Source: Smithellaceae bacterium (GTDB lineage Bacteria; Desulfobacterota; Syntrophia; Syntrophales; Smithellaceae). From it: a DNA stretch of 64,000 bases. Shown in pieces: positions 26,817 to 36,311 of the stretch (positions are counted from its first letter, which is position 1; each line of letters starts with the position of its first letter). The position numbers and the translations under genes were made by a program. The stretch lies in NCBI GenBank assembly GCA_963667845.2, contig CAXXVL010000001.1, positions 256,001-320,000 on the forward strand, read 5' to 3'. Below the pieces are notes generated by a model, which made no database searches, was not told the DNA's origin, and saw only the letters and a program-made list of their open reading frames with translations.

Positions 26817-28058
26817 TCAGGCTGCTCCCTTACTGGCCCGGATCATCTCCATGAAGGCCTCGATCCGCGTTTGAATCTGCGCCTCGGAGAAATTCCGTTC
26901 ATCGCACATGTCGGCCTCGAGCATCAGCGAGGGGATGCCCCGTTCGCGCTCGACAATTTTCTGGATGTCATACTGTCCGAAGGAATAGGGTTTGCAGCTG
27001 CGGTTGGAGTGCATGACGATTCCGTCGGCCCCATATTTGTCGATCATCGCGAGGACGATATCGGCCATTTTGTCAACGCCGATGTTCAAATAAATGCGCG
27101 TATAGGATTCTGCCGCGGAGCCGATAAAGTCACTTTCATTGATGTATTTCAGCGAGCCGCACCAGGCCGAGGTGTACGTGTCGGCCACCAGGCAGGCGTC
27201 ATGCTTGGCAAATTCCTTAGACAGCCATTTCAGCCGGTACCAGATGGGCAGGTTGTCCCACAAGAGCCGGTAGCGCTCGCGCGGGATGGCGCCTTGCCCC
27301 GCTGCTGCCCTTCGGCGCATTTCATCGCGCAGCCCCGTGTAGAAGTCGATCGTCGTGCTGGTTCCCCGGAGCGTGACGATCAGCGCAAGGTAAAAGAAAG
27401 CGTCGAAGGCGGTGAGGGGTGACGGACGACTTATGGCCGTGTCCAGCACTTCCTGCCAGAGCAGTTGCCCCTCGTAAGAGATTTTGCCGACTTCCTTCAT
27501 GCGGTCCCGATCCATCTTGCGGCCGCAGACACCCTCCAGAAAGAGAATGTACTCCTCCATCTGCCGCTGCACATATTTTCTCATCTCTCCCGAAAATTCG
27601 GTGTGGACGATGGGTGTATCGAAAATGAACAGGGGCACTTTGAAGTACCGGGCCTGAATCTCATACCATTTGAGAACGGTCCCGCAGATGTTGTTGCAGC
27701 ACACCAGCATGTCCGGCTCGGGCAGGCCGCCGATGGGGCCGCCGTTGACAGTTGCGCAGGAAATGTCGCCCCGGGCGTAAGAGCACAGATCACTCGAATA
27801 GCCCATCTCCTCGGCCTTCTTGCACAGATCGACGCCCATCTTGCTGGCGCCGATCATGGCTCCATGGTTTTCGGGATAAACGGGAATCACGTCCATGGCG
27901 ATAAGGGGCTCCACCGGGCCGCCGCTCGTGATCCACGCCACCAGTTTTTTATTCTGCCGCGCCGTTTTGGCCTCGATATAATACGTGGTCATGATATCCC
28001 GCATCTGCTTTTCGTAGTTGACGGGTTTCTTTTCAGTGTCTTCGGTATTTTCTTTCAT
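26817..28058 (-). CDS. 2-hydroxyacyl-CoA dehydratase family subunit (HgdA/FldB-like)
   Basis: YPENHGA, DLCSYAR, NNICGTVLKWYE, NRSCKP, TRIEAFME. Confidence 0.88.
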   Translation of the reverse strand: MKENTEDTEKKPVNYEKQMRDIMTTYYIEAKTARQNKKLVAWITSGGPVEPLIAMDVIPVYPENHGAMIGASKMGVDLCKKAEEMGYSSDLCSYARGDISCATVNGGPIGGLPEPDMLVCCNNICGTVLKWYEIQARYFKVPLFIFDTPIVHTEFSGEMRKYVQRQMEEYILFLEGVCGRKMDRDRMKEVGKISYEGQLLWQEVLDTAISRPSPLTAFDAFFYLALIVTLRGTSTTIDFYTGLRDEMRRRAAAGQGAIPRERYRLLWDNLPIWYRLKWLSKEFAKHDACLVADTYTSAWCGSLKYINESDFIGSAAESYTRIYLNIGVDKMADIVLAMIDKYGADGIVMHSNRSCKPYSFGQYDIQKIVERERGIPSLMLEADMCDERNFSEAQIQTRIEAFMEMIRASKGAA

Positions 28059-28070
28059 GGGATCTCCTTT

Positions 28071-29192
28071 TCACAGCATTTCTAAGAAAGCTTCAAAGCG
28101 GGTTTTCAATTGTCCTCCGGCAGGCAGTGAGTCATCCATTTCCACAACCATGAGCGGAACGCCGGCGCGATCGAGATGCTCTTTGACGTAGGGGTAGTCG
28201 AAGGCATGGGGATCGCAGAACTTGAACAAAAGGAAAATGACTCCCGCGGCGTTCTTCTCTTTGGCCAGACCCACGAGATGTTTGGCGCGTCCTTCGAGGT
28301 CGGCATGCTTTGCGGGACAGACGATCCGGTTCATAAGCCTCTCGCCGATCGCGGAAACCGGATTGCCGCCGGCTTCAATCATGCCGGTGAAATAGCGCGC
28401 GCCCGTGCAGAAATCATCCCAGACCAGGCCGCCACCCGCTTCTTCGATCATGCCGTAGATGTCGGGCTGGTTGCACATGCCGCCCGCAAGCAGGATGCGC
28501 TTCACGGCGACAGGTTTTGCCCCGGCCGCGCGCTCTTTCAAGTCCGCGGCTGTCTCGGGCAGCATCGTTGCCAGCCGGTCCCGGTCCATAATCATGGAGG
28601 CGCGAACGATGGCATATAAATCATCACCCGGCATGAGCCGGGGATGCAGGTTGCGGATGTCGTAGATCTCCCGGATGGCCTGACGGATGGTGTTGGTGGT
28701 CGCAATCGCCTTTTGCAGGGCCTCATCGGAAATCTCAACATTCAGTTTTCCGGCCAGGTCCTCCCGGAATTTCTGCAGGACATCCATCATATAGTCTTTT
28801 GCGCTGGCCGTATCGAGCTTGACGGGCAGGGTGATATCCAGATGGAAGCCGAAGGGGATATTCATCCGCCAGATGTCGGACAGACGCTGCATGGAATCGC
28901 AGGTGTGCGGGAAGACCATTCCGTCGAGAACGTCGACCCTCCCGGACAGGCCTTCCTCCAGAATCCCGCGGACCGGGGAGCAGCAGTAGGACTGCAGGTG
29001 AGAGTCGGCCAGGCTGATGTGCTGTTTCGTTCCGAAAAGCCTCATGGGATGAGCCCCCGCAGCGAGGATGACTTCCTCGGGCGCGTAGGAGCAGGTGTAT
29101 CCGATGATCTTTCTGCCGGTTTCTTTTTTCAGTTGTCGGGCGTAGCCTTCGGGATCAGAGACGGCCCGGCGGTATTCTTCCAGATGGTTCAT
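28071..29192 (-). CDS. 2-hydroxyacyl-CoA dehydratase family subunit (HgdB/FldC-like)
   Basis: CSYAPEEVILAAG, HTCDSMQR, DDFCTG, KFCDPH, TRFEAFLE. Confidence 0.88.
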   Translation of the reverse strand: MNHLEEYRRAVSDPEGYARQLKKETGRKIIGYTCSYAPEEVILAAGAHPMRLFGTKQHISLADSHLQSYCCSPVRGILEEGLSGRVDVLDGMVFPHTCDSMQRLSDIWRMNIPFGFHLDITLPVKLDTASAKDYMMDVLQKFREDLAGKLNVEISDEALQKAIATTNTIRQAIREIYDIRNLHPRLMPGDDLYAIVRASMIMDRDRLATMLPETAADLKERAAGAKPVAVKRILLAGGMCNQPDIYGMIEEAGGGLVWDDFCTGARYFTGMIEAGGNPVSAIGERLMNRIVCPAKHADLEGRAKHLVGLAKEKNAAGVIFLLFKFCDPHAFDYPYVKEHLDRAGVPLMVVEMDDSLPAGGQLKTRFEAFLEML

Positions 29193-30901
29193 TATTTTCC
29201 TCCTGTAAATTTTCCCGCTTTGCGGAGTTTTTCAATTTCTCGCTTCTCCAGTTCGGTATACGCAATCTTGCCGACTTTTGTCAAAGGCAGTTTGTCCGTG
29301 AACTCCACCTCACGCGGGCAGGACCACTTGATCAGGGAATCGCGGCAGTAGTTGATCAGCATCTTCTCCATTTCGGCAGACGCCTTGGTCGCGTCCTTGA
29401 GGACAACGAAGGCTTTGACTTTTTCCACCTGAGCCTCATCGGGCACGCCGATCACGCAGACGGCCGCCACATCCGGATGCTTGTCCAGAACGGCCTCCAC
29501 CTGAACAGGATAGACATTCATCCCGGAAGACTTGATCATCCGTTTGAGACGCAGCTTGAAATAGAAATAGCCGTCCGCGTCCATGGTGAAAATGTCTCCA
29601 GTGTGGAGCCAGAGCCGTCCGTCCGCATGCGTCTTGAGGACCTCGGCGGTTTCTTCCGGCTGTTCCAGATAGCCCATCATCACGGCGGGTCCGCTCACGC
29701 AGAGTTCTCCCTCAAGGCCCACGGGGACCTCTTCGGTGGTGCCGATGCCGACCACCTTGGCCAGCATATCCGGGAACGGAATGCCCACGCTGCCTTCCCG
29801 GTAGCCGTCAATCGGCGTCGACATGATCGCGGTGACGGCCTCGGTCAGACCGTATCCTTCGACCAGCTGAACGTTTCCACCCTGCTTCCTGACGATCTCT
29901 TCAAACCTTTCCTTGACCGTTCGCGGCAGCGAATCGGCTCCGGAGGATGTATTTTTCAAACAGCTCAGTTCCGTGCTCCGGAACACGTCATTTTTGGCCA
30001 GCGCATCATAAAGCGTCGGGACGCCGACGATGATATTGGGGCGTTTTTTCTGAATGAGATCGGCCACGATCTCCGGTGTAAACTGGGGGACGAGAACACT
30101 TTTGCTTCCCCCCATAAAAGCGGCGTTGCAGCAAACGCCCAGACCGAAGCCGTGGAAAATGGGCAGAATCGCCAGGATGGATGAATCCTCGGCCATCAGT
30201 TCACCGCCGCCCCAGTTGGCGACCATCAATCCCTCGCTGATGAAATTGTAGTTGGAGAGCATGATCCCTTTGGGGAAGCCCGTCGTGCCGCCGCTGTAGA
30301 GGATGACGGCCATTTCGTCGGTATGCATATCCGTTTTCGGCACCTCAGGATGCGGGGCGGTCATGAGATCTTTCCACCACCGCACAGCCGGCCCTGCGGT
30401 CGGCGCGGGCTTTTCCGCCAAGGGCTGTCCCTGGGTAAGCTGGTCGAAGATTTCCGTCAGGATGACGAGCTCGAGGGGCGTTTTCTCCGGAAGATTTTTA
30501 AAGCTGTCATGAAAGAGGTCGAGGGTGAGGGCGACCCGGCTTTTGCTGACGTTCAGATAATAGGCGATTTCGGCGGGCGTGGAGAGCGGATGGATCATGC
30601 TGGCCACCACCCCCAATTTATTCGCGGCATAAAAGCAAATGACGCCCTGGGGGGACGTCGGCATGGAGATCGTGATGCGGTCATCCTTCTTCAGGCCAAG
30701 CGTTGCCAGCGCATTGGCGCAAATGTCGATGTCCTTGGCAAACTGGCGGTAAGTTGAAGTGTAATCGAAAAAATCATACGCGATGCGGTCCGGATTTTTT
30801 TCAACCGTTTGCATCAGTGCTTCGTACATTGTCACGCGAGGATAGTCGATCGTCTCCGGTACATTCTTATAAAATTTTAACCAGGGCTTTTGAGTGGGCA
30901 T
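29192..30901 (-). CDS. Long-chain-fatty-acid--CoA ligase family protein
   Basis: YSGGTTGFPKG, EGYGLTE, WLHTGD, LPLTKVGK. Confidence 0.92.
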   Translation of the reverse strand: MPTQKPWLKFYKNVPETIDYPRVTMYEALMQTVEKNPDRIAYDFFDYTSTYRQFAKDIDICANALATLGLKKDDRITISMPTSPQGVICFYAANKLGVVASMIHPLSTPAEIAYYLNVSKSRVALTLDLFHDSFKNLPEKTPLELVILTEIFDQLTQGQPLAEKPAPTAGPAVRWWKDLMTAPHPEVPKTDMHTDEMAVILYSGGTTGFPKGIMLSNYNFISEGLMVANWGGGELMAEDSSILAILPIFHGFGLGVCCNAAFMGGSKSVLVPQFTPEIVADLIQKKRPNIIVGVPTLYDALAKNDVFRSTELSCLKNTSSGADSLPRTVKERFEEIVRKQGGNVQLVEGYGLTEAVTAIMSTPIDGYREGSVGIPFPDMLAKVVGIGTTEEVPVGLEGELCVSGPAVMMGYLEQPEETAEVLKTHADGRLWLHTGDIFTMDADGYFYFKLRLKRMIKSSGMNVYPVQVEAVLDKHPDVAAVCVIGVPDEAQVEKVKAFVVLKDATKASAEMEKMLINYCRDSLIKWSCPREVEFTDKLPLTKVGKIAYTELEKREIEKLRKAGKFTGGK

Positions 30902-30951
30902 ATTTCTTCTCCTTTATGTGATAGATGCTCGCCTTTTTTGCGCTGATTGAG

Positions 30952-30967
30952 AGCAGATTTCATGCCA
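30952..30967 (-). promoter_or_regulatory. sigma54 (-24/-12) promoter of the CoA ligase-dehydratase operon
   Basis: Minus strand TGGCATGAAATCTGCT has GG-N10-GC, 50 nt before the ATG and next to a sigma54 activator gene. Confidence 0.8.
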
Positions 30968-31031
30968 TATCATAAGGTGTTGAAATAACAACAGGGTTGA
31001 TATATGGGCCCTGATTTTGCCCTAAAAGATG

Positions 31032-31044
31032 TTGCATAATGCAA
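31032..31044. promoter_or_regulatory. Candidate upstream activator site
   Basis: Palindrome TTGCATAATGCAA about 65 bp upstream of the -24 box. Confidence 0.55.
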
Positions 31045-31080
31045 AAGAGCTGCTAATAGAAAAAAGCCAAAGGAGCAAAA

Positions 31081-32484
31081 GTGGACCCGATCAAGAAATA
31101 TCTGACGAAAGATATCGACGTCCTGCTGAATTGTATCGACGAGGCCATTTTAATCGTCGGCCGCGACGGCAGCATTCTGGGCTACAACGAGAATTTAAGC
31201 AGACTGACCGATCTGATGGGCCGATCGATCATCGGGATGAATATGAAGGATATCGTGGCGAGCGGAATGCTGAGAGAATCCGCCGCGCTCAAATGTCTGG
31301 AAGTCAAAAAGAAAATCGACATGAACATCACTTACGAAACGGGACAGACGGCCACCTGGACGTATATTCCGGTATTCGATGAACGAGGTGAACTCGCTTT
31401 GGTCGTCGGGACCGGCCGGGACATGACCAAACTCGTCTCCCTGGAAAAGAAACTCAAGATTACCGAAACCATCATATCCCAGTATGAGGGCAGAAACTTA
31501 AAGATGATCGGCGACACCGGCCGGGTGGAAATCATCTACTCCAGCGCCGTGATGCAGCAGATCATCCGTCTGGCATGGAAAGCGGCGGCCACCTCTTCCC
31601 CCGTTTTAATCTGGGGAGAAACGGGGGTCGGCAAAGAAATCGTGGCCGATTTTATTCATCAGGCAAGCCAGCGTACGGACAAGCCGTTCGTCGCCATCAA
31701 CTGCGCCTCCATCCCCGATGAACTTCTGGAAGCGGAATTATTCGGCTATGAAGAAGGTTCATTTACCGGCGCTAAAAGAAGCGGCAAGCAGGGTCTTTTG
31801 GAAGAGGCCCAGGGAGGGACGCTCTTTTTGGATGAAATCGGCGAACTGCCCATGAAAATGCAGAGCAAATTATTGCGGTTTCTTCAAGAAGGCAAATTCA
31901 AGAAGATCGGCGGCGTGAAGACACAGGCGGTAGACGTCCGCATCCTTTGCGCGACCAATCTCACCATGGACCAGCTGATGAACAGCAAGCACTTCCGCCA
32001 GGACCTTTTTTACAGGATTGCGGTGATCCCGATTTTCATTCCGCCGCTCAGGGACAGAAAAGGGGACATCCTTCCCCTGATCAGGCATTTCATGCAGATC
32101 TTTAATGCAAAATATAATACGGACATCAAGATTCCGGTAAAGTTGATGAATCGGCTCTCTCAGTACGAATGGCCGGGTAATGTGCGCGAGCTGAAAAATG
32201 TCATCGAGCGGATGGCGATCGTGTATGCCTCGCAGGAATTGGATGAGGACGATCTCGAATCAATCCTCAATATCAATCCTTACGGAAACGACATCAGCGA
32301 CGATGCTCAGATCCCCGAACCTCCTTTGCGTTTGCTGCCGTCTTCCCTGAAGGATGCCGAGGCAAATATCATCCGGCAGGCCTGCAAGGCTGCGGGAAGT
32401 GTTGTTGAAGCCGCTAAAGTGCTCGGCATCAATCCATCGACCATTTATCGAAAATTGAAAACCGGCGCCATTCGTCTCGATTAA
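31081..32484 (+). CDS. PAS-domain sigma54-dependent transcriptional activator (Fis-type HTH)
   Basis: GETGVGKE, AELFGYEEGSFTGA, LFLDEIGE, FRQDLFYR, WPGNVREL, AAKVLGINPSTIYRK. Confidence 0.95.
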   Translation: MDPIKKYLTKDIDVLLNCIDEAILIVGRDGSILGYNENLSRLTDLMGRSIIGMNMKDIVASGMLRESAALKCLEVKKKIDMNITYETGQTATWTYIPVFDERGELALVVGTGRDMTKLVSLEKKLKITETIISQYEGRNLKMIGDTGRVEIIYSSAVMQQIIRLAWKAAATSSPVLIWGETGVGKEIVADFIHQASQRTDKPFVAINCASIPDELLEAELFGYEEGSFTGAKRSGKQGLLEEAQGGTLFLDEIGELPMKMQSKLLRFLQEGKFKKIGGVKTQAVDVRILCATNLTMDQLMNSKHFRQDLFYRIAVIPIFIPPLRDRKGDILPLIRHFMQIFNAKYNTDIKIPVKLMNRLSQYEWPGNVRELKNVIERMAIVYASQELDEDDLESILNINPYGNDISDDAQIPEPPLRLLPSSLKDAEANIIRQACKAAGSVVEAAKVLGINPSTIYRKLKTGAIRLD

Positions 32485-32492
32485 CCGCGATT

Positions 32493-32594
32493 GTCAATCA
32501 CTTCGCAACAAGCTGTTGAGGAATGAAATGAACGTCGCTGCTTCGCAGCAAGCTGCGGAGAATTAACGCTCGTTGGGCGTGAGCCGGGATGAAA
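32493..32594 (+). repeat. 101-bp three-hairpin dispersed element, copy 3
   Basis: Colinear with 721-821, more diverged (102 bp). Confidence 0.9.
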
Positions 32595-32597
32595 TAT

Positions 32598-32630
32598 TTG
32601 CATAATGCACAGATGATTTGCATTAAGCAA
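32598..32630. promoter_or_regulatory. Two further TTGCA-N3-(T/A)GCA palindromes
   Basis: TTGCATAATGCAC and TTGCATTAAGCAA, 20 bp apart. Confidence 0.45.
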
Positions 32631-32788
32631 ATACAGTCTGGAAATCAGTCCGTGGAATATATACTCCTGCGGATACCCGATCGGAAATTGGCGAGAGGCA
32701 GGTCATCGGCATCTGCGGCGCCACAGATACTTTCTGTACAAGTTCTTGCATGCCGGGATTTTTTTCCATATAGACAGACGACACGTTT

Positions 32789-33790
32789 TTGTCGAAGGAG
32801 GATTTGGTGCAACCGATATTCAAATTTGTCTCGAAGGTTATAGACTCTGCCCTGGGCAGAGCGGGGAAGGAAGAAAAAAGTGAGACCGACATAAGGCTTC
32901 CGCTTATTGCCGCCGTCCGGTCGGGGAACAGTACGGAAGTTGCGCGCCTGCTGATGCTTCCGGGCGCCGATGCAGCTGCCCGCGACAAGGAAGGAAGGAC
33001 ATTGCTCCACCACCTTGTGCCCGAACTGGTAAAGCTTACCGATTCCGAAAAGGCTCTTTCGTATGAGTGCGTCGTTCTTCTCCTGGCCCGGGGAGGGGAT
33101 ATTAACGCCGGCGACAATTATGGGAATACGCCTTTGAGTGATGCGGTAAAGTTAGGCGATGTAAAGACAGTCGAGTTTCTTCTGAAAAACAGGGCCGACG
33201 CAAACGCCCGGGACAAGAGCGGAAAGACACCGCTGCACGAGTTCTTTTCAGTGAGCGGTCCCATCTATATCAAACACATCAACCGCGAAGTCGATCTGCC
33301 GCAGATTGAAAGATCCATTGCCGAAATGCTCATCCGTAACGGGGCCGACGTGAATGCCGCAGACAATCAGGGGCGCACGGCTCTGGCCGTGGCGGCCGGT
33401 GTCGGTCACATGAAGGCGGTTGAGCTCCTCCTGAAAAACGGGGCCGACGTAAACGCCCCGGACAATGACGGGAAGACGCCGCTGCACATGATCAATACGG
33501 TTGTGGGAGACAGGTCCACCCCCGGACAAATCACCAGAATTACGGAAATGCTGATCGAGAGCGGGGCCGACGTGAATGCCCGCGATAACAAGCAGCAAAC
33601 ACCGCTCTTCTTTTCACGCATCGACTCCATGGCCGTAATGATCGCCGGCGGGGCGGATATCAATGCCCGGGACGGGGAGGGCAAAACGCCCATCTTCTGC
33701 GTTAAATCGCAGAAGTGCCTCGAAGCTCTGATTGAGAAGGGGGCGGATACCGAAGCCGTCGATTGTGAAGGTAGAAACTATTGTCAGTAG
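32789..33790 (+). CDS. Ankyrin repeat protein
   Basis: About 7 repeats of G.TPLH...L...GADVNA.D. Start uncertain (TTG 32789 or GTG 32807). Confidence 0.9.
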   Translation: MSKEDLVQPIFKFVSKVIDSALGRAGKEEKSETDIRLPLIAAVRSGNSTEVARLLMLPGADAAARDKEGRTLLHHLVPELVKLTDSEKALSYECVVLLLARGGDINAGDNYGNTPLSDAVKLGDVKTVEFLLKNRADANARDKSGKTPLHEFFSVSGPIYIKHINREVDLPQIERSIAEMLIRNGADVNAADNQGRTALAVAAGVGHMKAVELLLKNGADVNAPDNDGKTPLHMINTVVGDRSTPGQITRITEMLIESGADVNARDNKQQTPLFFSRIDSMAVMIAGGADINARDGEGKTPIFCVKSQKCLEALIEKGADTEAVDCEGRNYCQ

Positions 33791-33939
33791 ATACCGTTCT
33801 TGAAATGAAAGCAGGCTTATGATGAGCCGGTTTATAATTCGGATCTTAGATTTTGCCGGATTTCAGGACTCCAAAGATAACGTGAACCGGTTTCCGCATA
33901 ATAGCACAGACAATAACTTCCCCGTTTTTGCCTTTATCT

Positions 33940-34040
33940 TTTAATCCCGCTTAAGCGGGACGAGCGTTAATTCCGTGTCGCTCGCTACAAAATAATGACG
34001 TTCATTTCATACCCCGGCAGCTTGCTGCGAGGTGGTTGAT
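33940..34040 (-). repeat. 101-bp three-hairpin dispersed element, copy 4
   Basis: Reverse complement colinear with 721-821. Confidence 0.92.
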
Positions 34041-34327
34041 TCGGTTATAAAAAGCAATCATCAGAGGATTGCACTGCTTTGCTTCAATTGTTATTCCATA
34101 AACTCGACATAATCAGTCCGGAGATAAAAAACTTTAGACTGTCCTGTCGAATCAGGGTTGCGACCCGCAAAGCAGCATATGCCGGTCAAGGTAATCTTCG
34201 TTTCTCTCGTTAAAATCTATTCTGACATTTCTATATCTTACCTTACATTACGATGATCCCGGGCGAAGAAAGATAGACAAAGGATATCTCTTGCGAGCCG
34301 AAGGAAAGCATTATCTGAAATTTTTTC

Positions 34328-34355
34328 TTGACAAAGAAATATGATTATATATAAA
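34328..34355 (+). promoter_or_regulatory. sigma70-like promoter of the HxlR operon
   Basis: TTGACA-N16-TATAAA. Confidence 0.5.
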
Positions 34356-34402
34356 AGATACTATCTATTGTATACTTTAAAGAAAGGACTTGAGGGGAAA
34401 CT

Positions 34403-35077
34403 ATGGGAACCGCATATCAGCACTTTTGTCCAGTTGCCCGGTCACTTGAAAAAATCGGGGACAAGTGGTCGTTATTGATTGTCCGCGACCTTCTTAGAGG
34501 CCCCCAGCGGTTCACAGATCTGATGGGCTACTTAAACAATATCACCCCGAAATGGTTGACTCTGCGCCTTCGGGAACTCGAGTCTGCAGGCATTATCCAG
34601 CGTGACTCCCAGCCCGGACGCCGTGAAGTCTGGTACGAACTGACCCCTGCCGGCCTTGATCTTCGTCCGGTGGTCGAAACACTCACGGACTGGGGGATGC
34701 GTCATGCCATGCGGCCCCCCCGGCCGGAAGAATCGGTCCATGCCGATTTGATGATCAGGGGGCTGACGTTGTCGCTTAACAAAAAACACAAGAAACTTAA
34801 CCGGGCAACTGCCTGGGCGATTCACTTCCCGCAGAAGACTTTTACACTCTCCTTCGATCACGAGGTCTGGTCGAGTTCGGAAACTGAAACATCCGATCCC
34901 GATCTCAGGATTACCACAACACCTGTGGCCATGGCCCACTTCGTTACCGTGCCCCGTGATGAACGGCGTCGGCTGGCCGAAGCGATGCAATACGCAGGGA
35001 CACCTGACCGGATCAGGGAATTTAAGCAGGTCTTTGGCATCCCGGATGGCGGAGAAAAGAATGAAAACAGACGATGA
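34403..35077 (+). CDS. HxlR-family winged-helix regulator with C-terminal extension
   Basis: YQHFCPVARSLEKIGDKWSLLIVRDLL.GPQRF...YELTPAG. Confidence 0.9.
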   Translation: MGTAYQHFCPVARSLEKIGDKWSLLIVRDLLRGPQRFTDLMGYLNNITPKWLTLRLRELESAGIIQRDSQPGRREVWYELTPAGLDLRPVVETLTDWGMRHAMRPPRPEESVHADLMIRGLTLSLNKKHKKLNRATAWAIHFPQKTFTLSFDHEVWSSSETETSDPDLRITTTPVAMAHFVTVPRDERRRLAEAMQYAGTPDRIREFKQVFGIPDGGEKNENRR

Positions 35078-35092
35078 AAGGAAAAATGAACC

Positions 35093-36220
35093 ATGAGCAC
35101 CTTATTTTCGAGCAGCACTATTAACACTATGAAATTGCCGAATCGCTTCGTGAGATCGGCGACGTGGGAGGGAATGGCGGCTGACGACGGCGCCGTTACG
35201 CCGAAGCTCATCGCCACTATGGCCGACTTGGCCAAAGGCGGTGTGGGATTGATTATCAGTTCTCACGCATACGTTAGCCCCGAGGGGCAAGCCGGTCCCT
35301 GGCAGTTGGGTATCTACAAAGATGATCTCATGGCGGGCTTGGAAAAAATGACCGCCGCAGTCCATGCCGCGGGTGGGAAGATCGTGGCTCAATTGGCCCA
35401 TGCCGGCCAGGCGGCCGCCGCATCTCTCAGCGGGCGTACCCCGATGGTGGTTTCCGATTTTGCCGGGCTCATGAAATCACCGCGGCAGGAAATGACAGCA
35501 CCGGACATACGACGTATCATAACAGATTTTGCCGATGCGGCCAAGAGAGCCAAGGCGTCAGGATTCGACGGTGTTCAACTCCATGCGGCGCATGGCTACC
35601 TCCTCAATCAATTTCTGTCCCCCGCCTTTAACCGGCGTCAGGATGAATACGGCGGCAGCATTGCGAATCGCGCCCGGATCGTCCTCGACGTGCTTCGGGC
35701 TGTTCGGGAAACCGTCGGACGGGATTTCCCCATCCTGGTCAAAATGAATAGCCAGGATTTTATCGAAAACGGATTAACGCTGACGGATTCAGTGCAAGTG
35801 GCCGAACTCCTGGCCGCTGTCGGTATCGATGCCGTTGAGTTAAGCGGAGGCATGGTCGGAAGCGCGAAATTGATGCCCAGCCGCACGGGCATCAATTCAG
35901 AAGAAACCGAGGCCTATTTCCGGGAAGAAGCACGGGCTTTTAAGAAACGGCTTTCCGTCCCTCTGATCCTGGTGGGCGGTCTGCGCTCACTGGAAGTGGC
36001 CGAGACCCTCATGGAAGAAGGTATTGCCGATTACATTTCCATGTGCCGGCCTTTCATCCGGGAACCGGGCCTGATCAATCGCTGGAAGGCCGGGGACCGC
36101 CGCAAATCCGGATGTCTGTCGGATAATCAGTGCTTCACTCCCGGCCGCGAGGGAAAAGGCATCTATTGTGTCGTCGAGGAACGTGAACAGGCAAAGAAGA
36201 AGGAAAAAAGAAGTGAGTGA
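35093..36220 (+). CDS. NADH:flavin oxidoreductase (Old Yellow Enzyme family)
   Basis: NRFVRSAT, QLAHAG, GFDGVQLHAAHGYLLNQFLSP, RQDEYGGS. Confidence 0.93.
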   Translation: MSTLFSSSTINTMKLPNRFVRSATWEGMAADDGAVTPKLIATMADLAKGGVGLIISSHAYVSPEGQAGPWQLGIYKDDLMAGLEKMTAAVHAAGGKIVAQLAHAGQAAAASLSGRTPMVVSDFAGLMKSPRQEMTAPDIRRIITDFADAAKRAKASGFDGVQLHAAHGYLLNQFLSPAFNRRQDEYGGSIANRARIVLDVLRAVRETVGRDFPILVKMNSQDFIENGLTLTDSVQVAELLAAVGIDAVELSGGMVGSAKLMPSRTGINSEETEAYFREEARAFKKRLSVPLILVGGLRSLEVAETLMEEGIADYISMCRPFIREPGLINRWKAGDRRKSGCLSDNQCFTPGREGKGIYCVVEEREQAKKKEKRSE

Positions 36221-36311
36221 CGAAGGATATAAGAACCATCTGGCAGAGGCACATTCAGACCTGAAGAATAACCGCCATAGCCGCATGGTTACAGAAAAAA
36301 ATTGAGTCGGG

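Noticed and set aside
26039..29192. Class I benzoyl-CoA reductase
   Set aside because: Only one activase-type subunit is present (BcrA and BcrD would both be needed) and no ring-cleavage genes are adjacent. Not fully excluded without phylogeny.
32734..32750. sigma54 promoter for the ankyrin gene (TGTACAAGTTCTTGC)
   Set aside because: The invariant -24 GG is GT.
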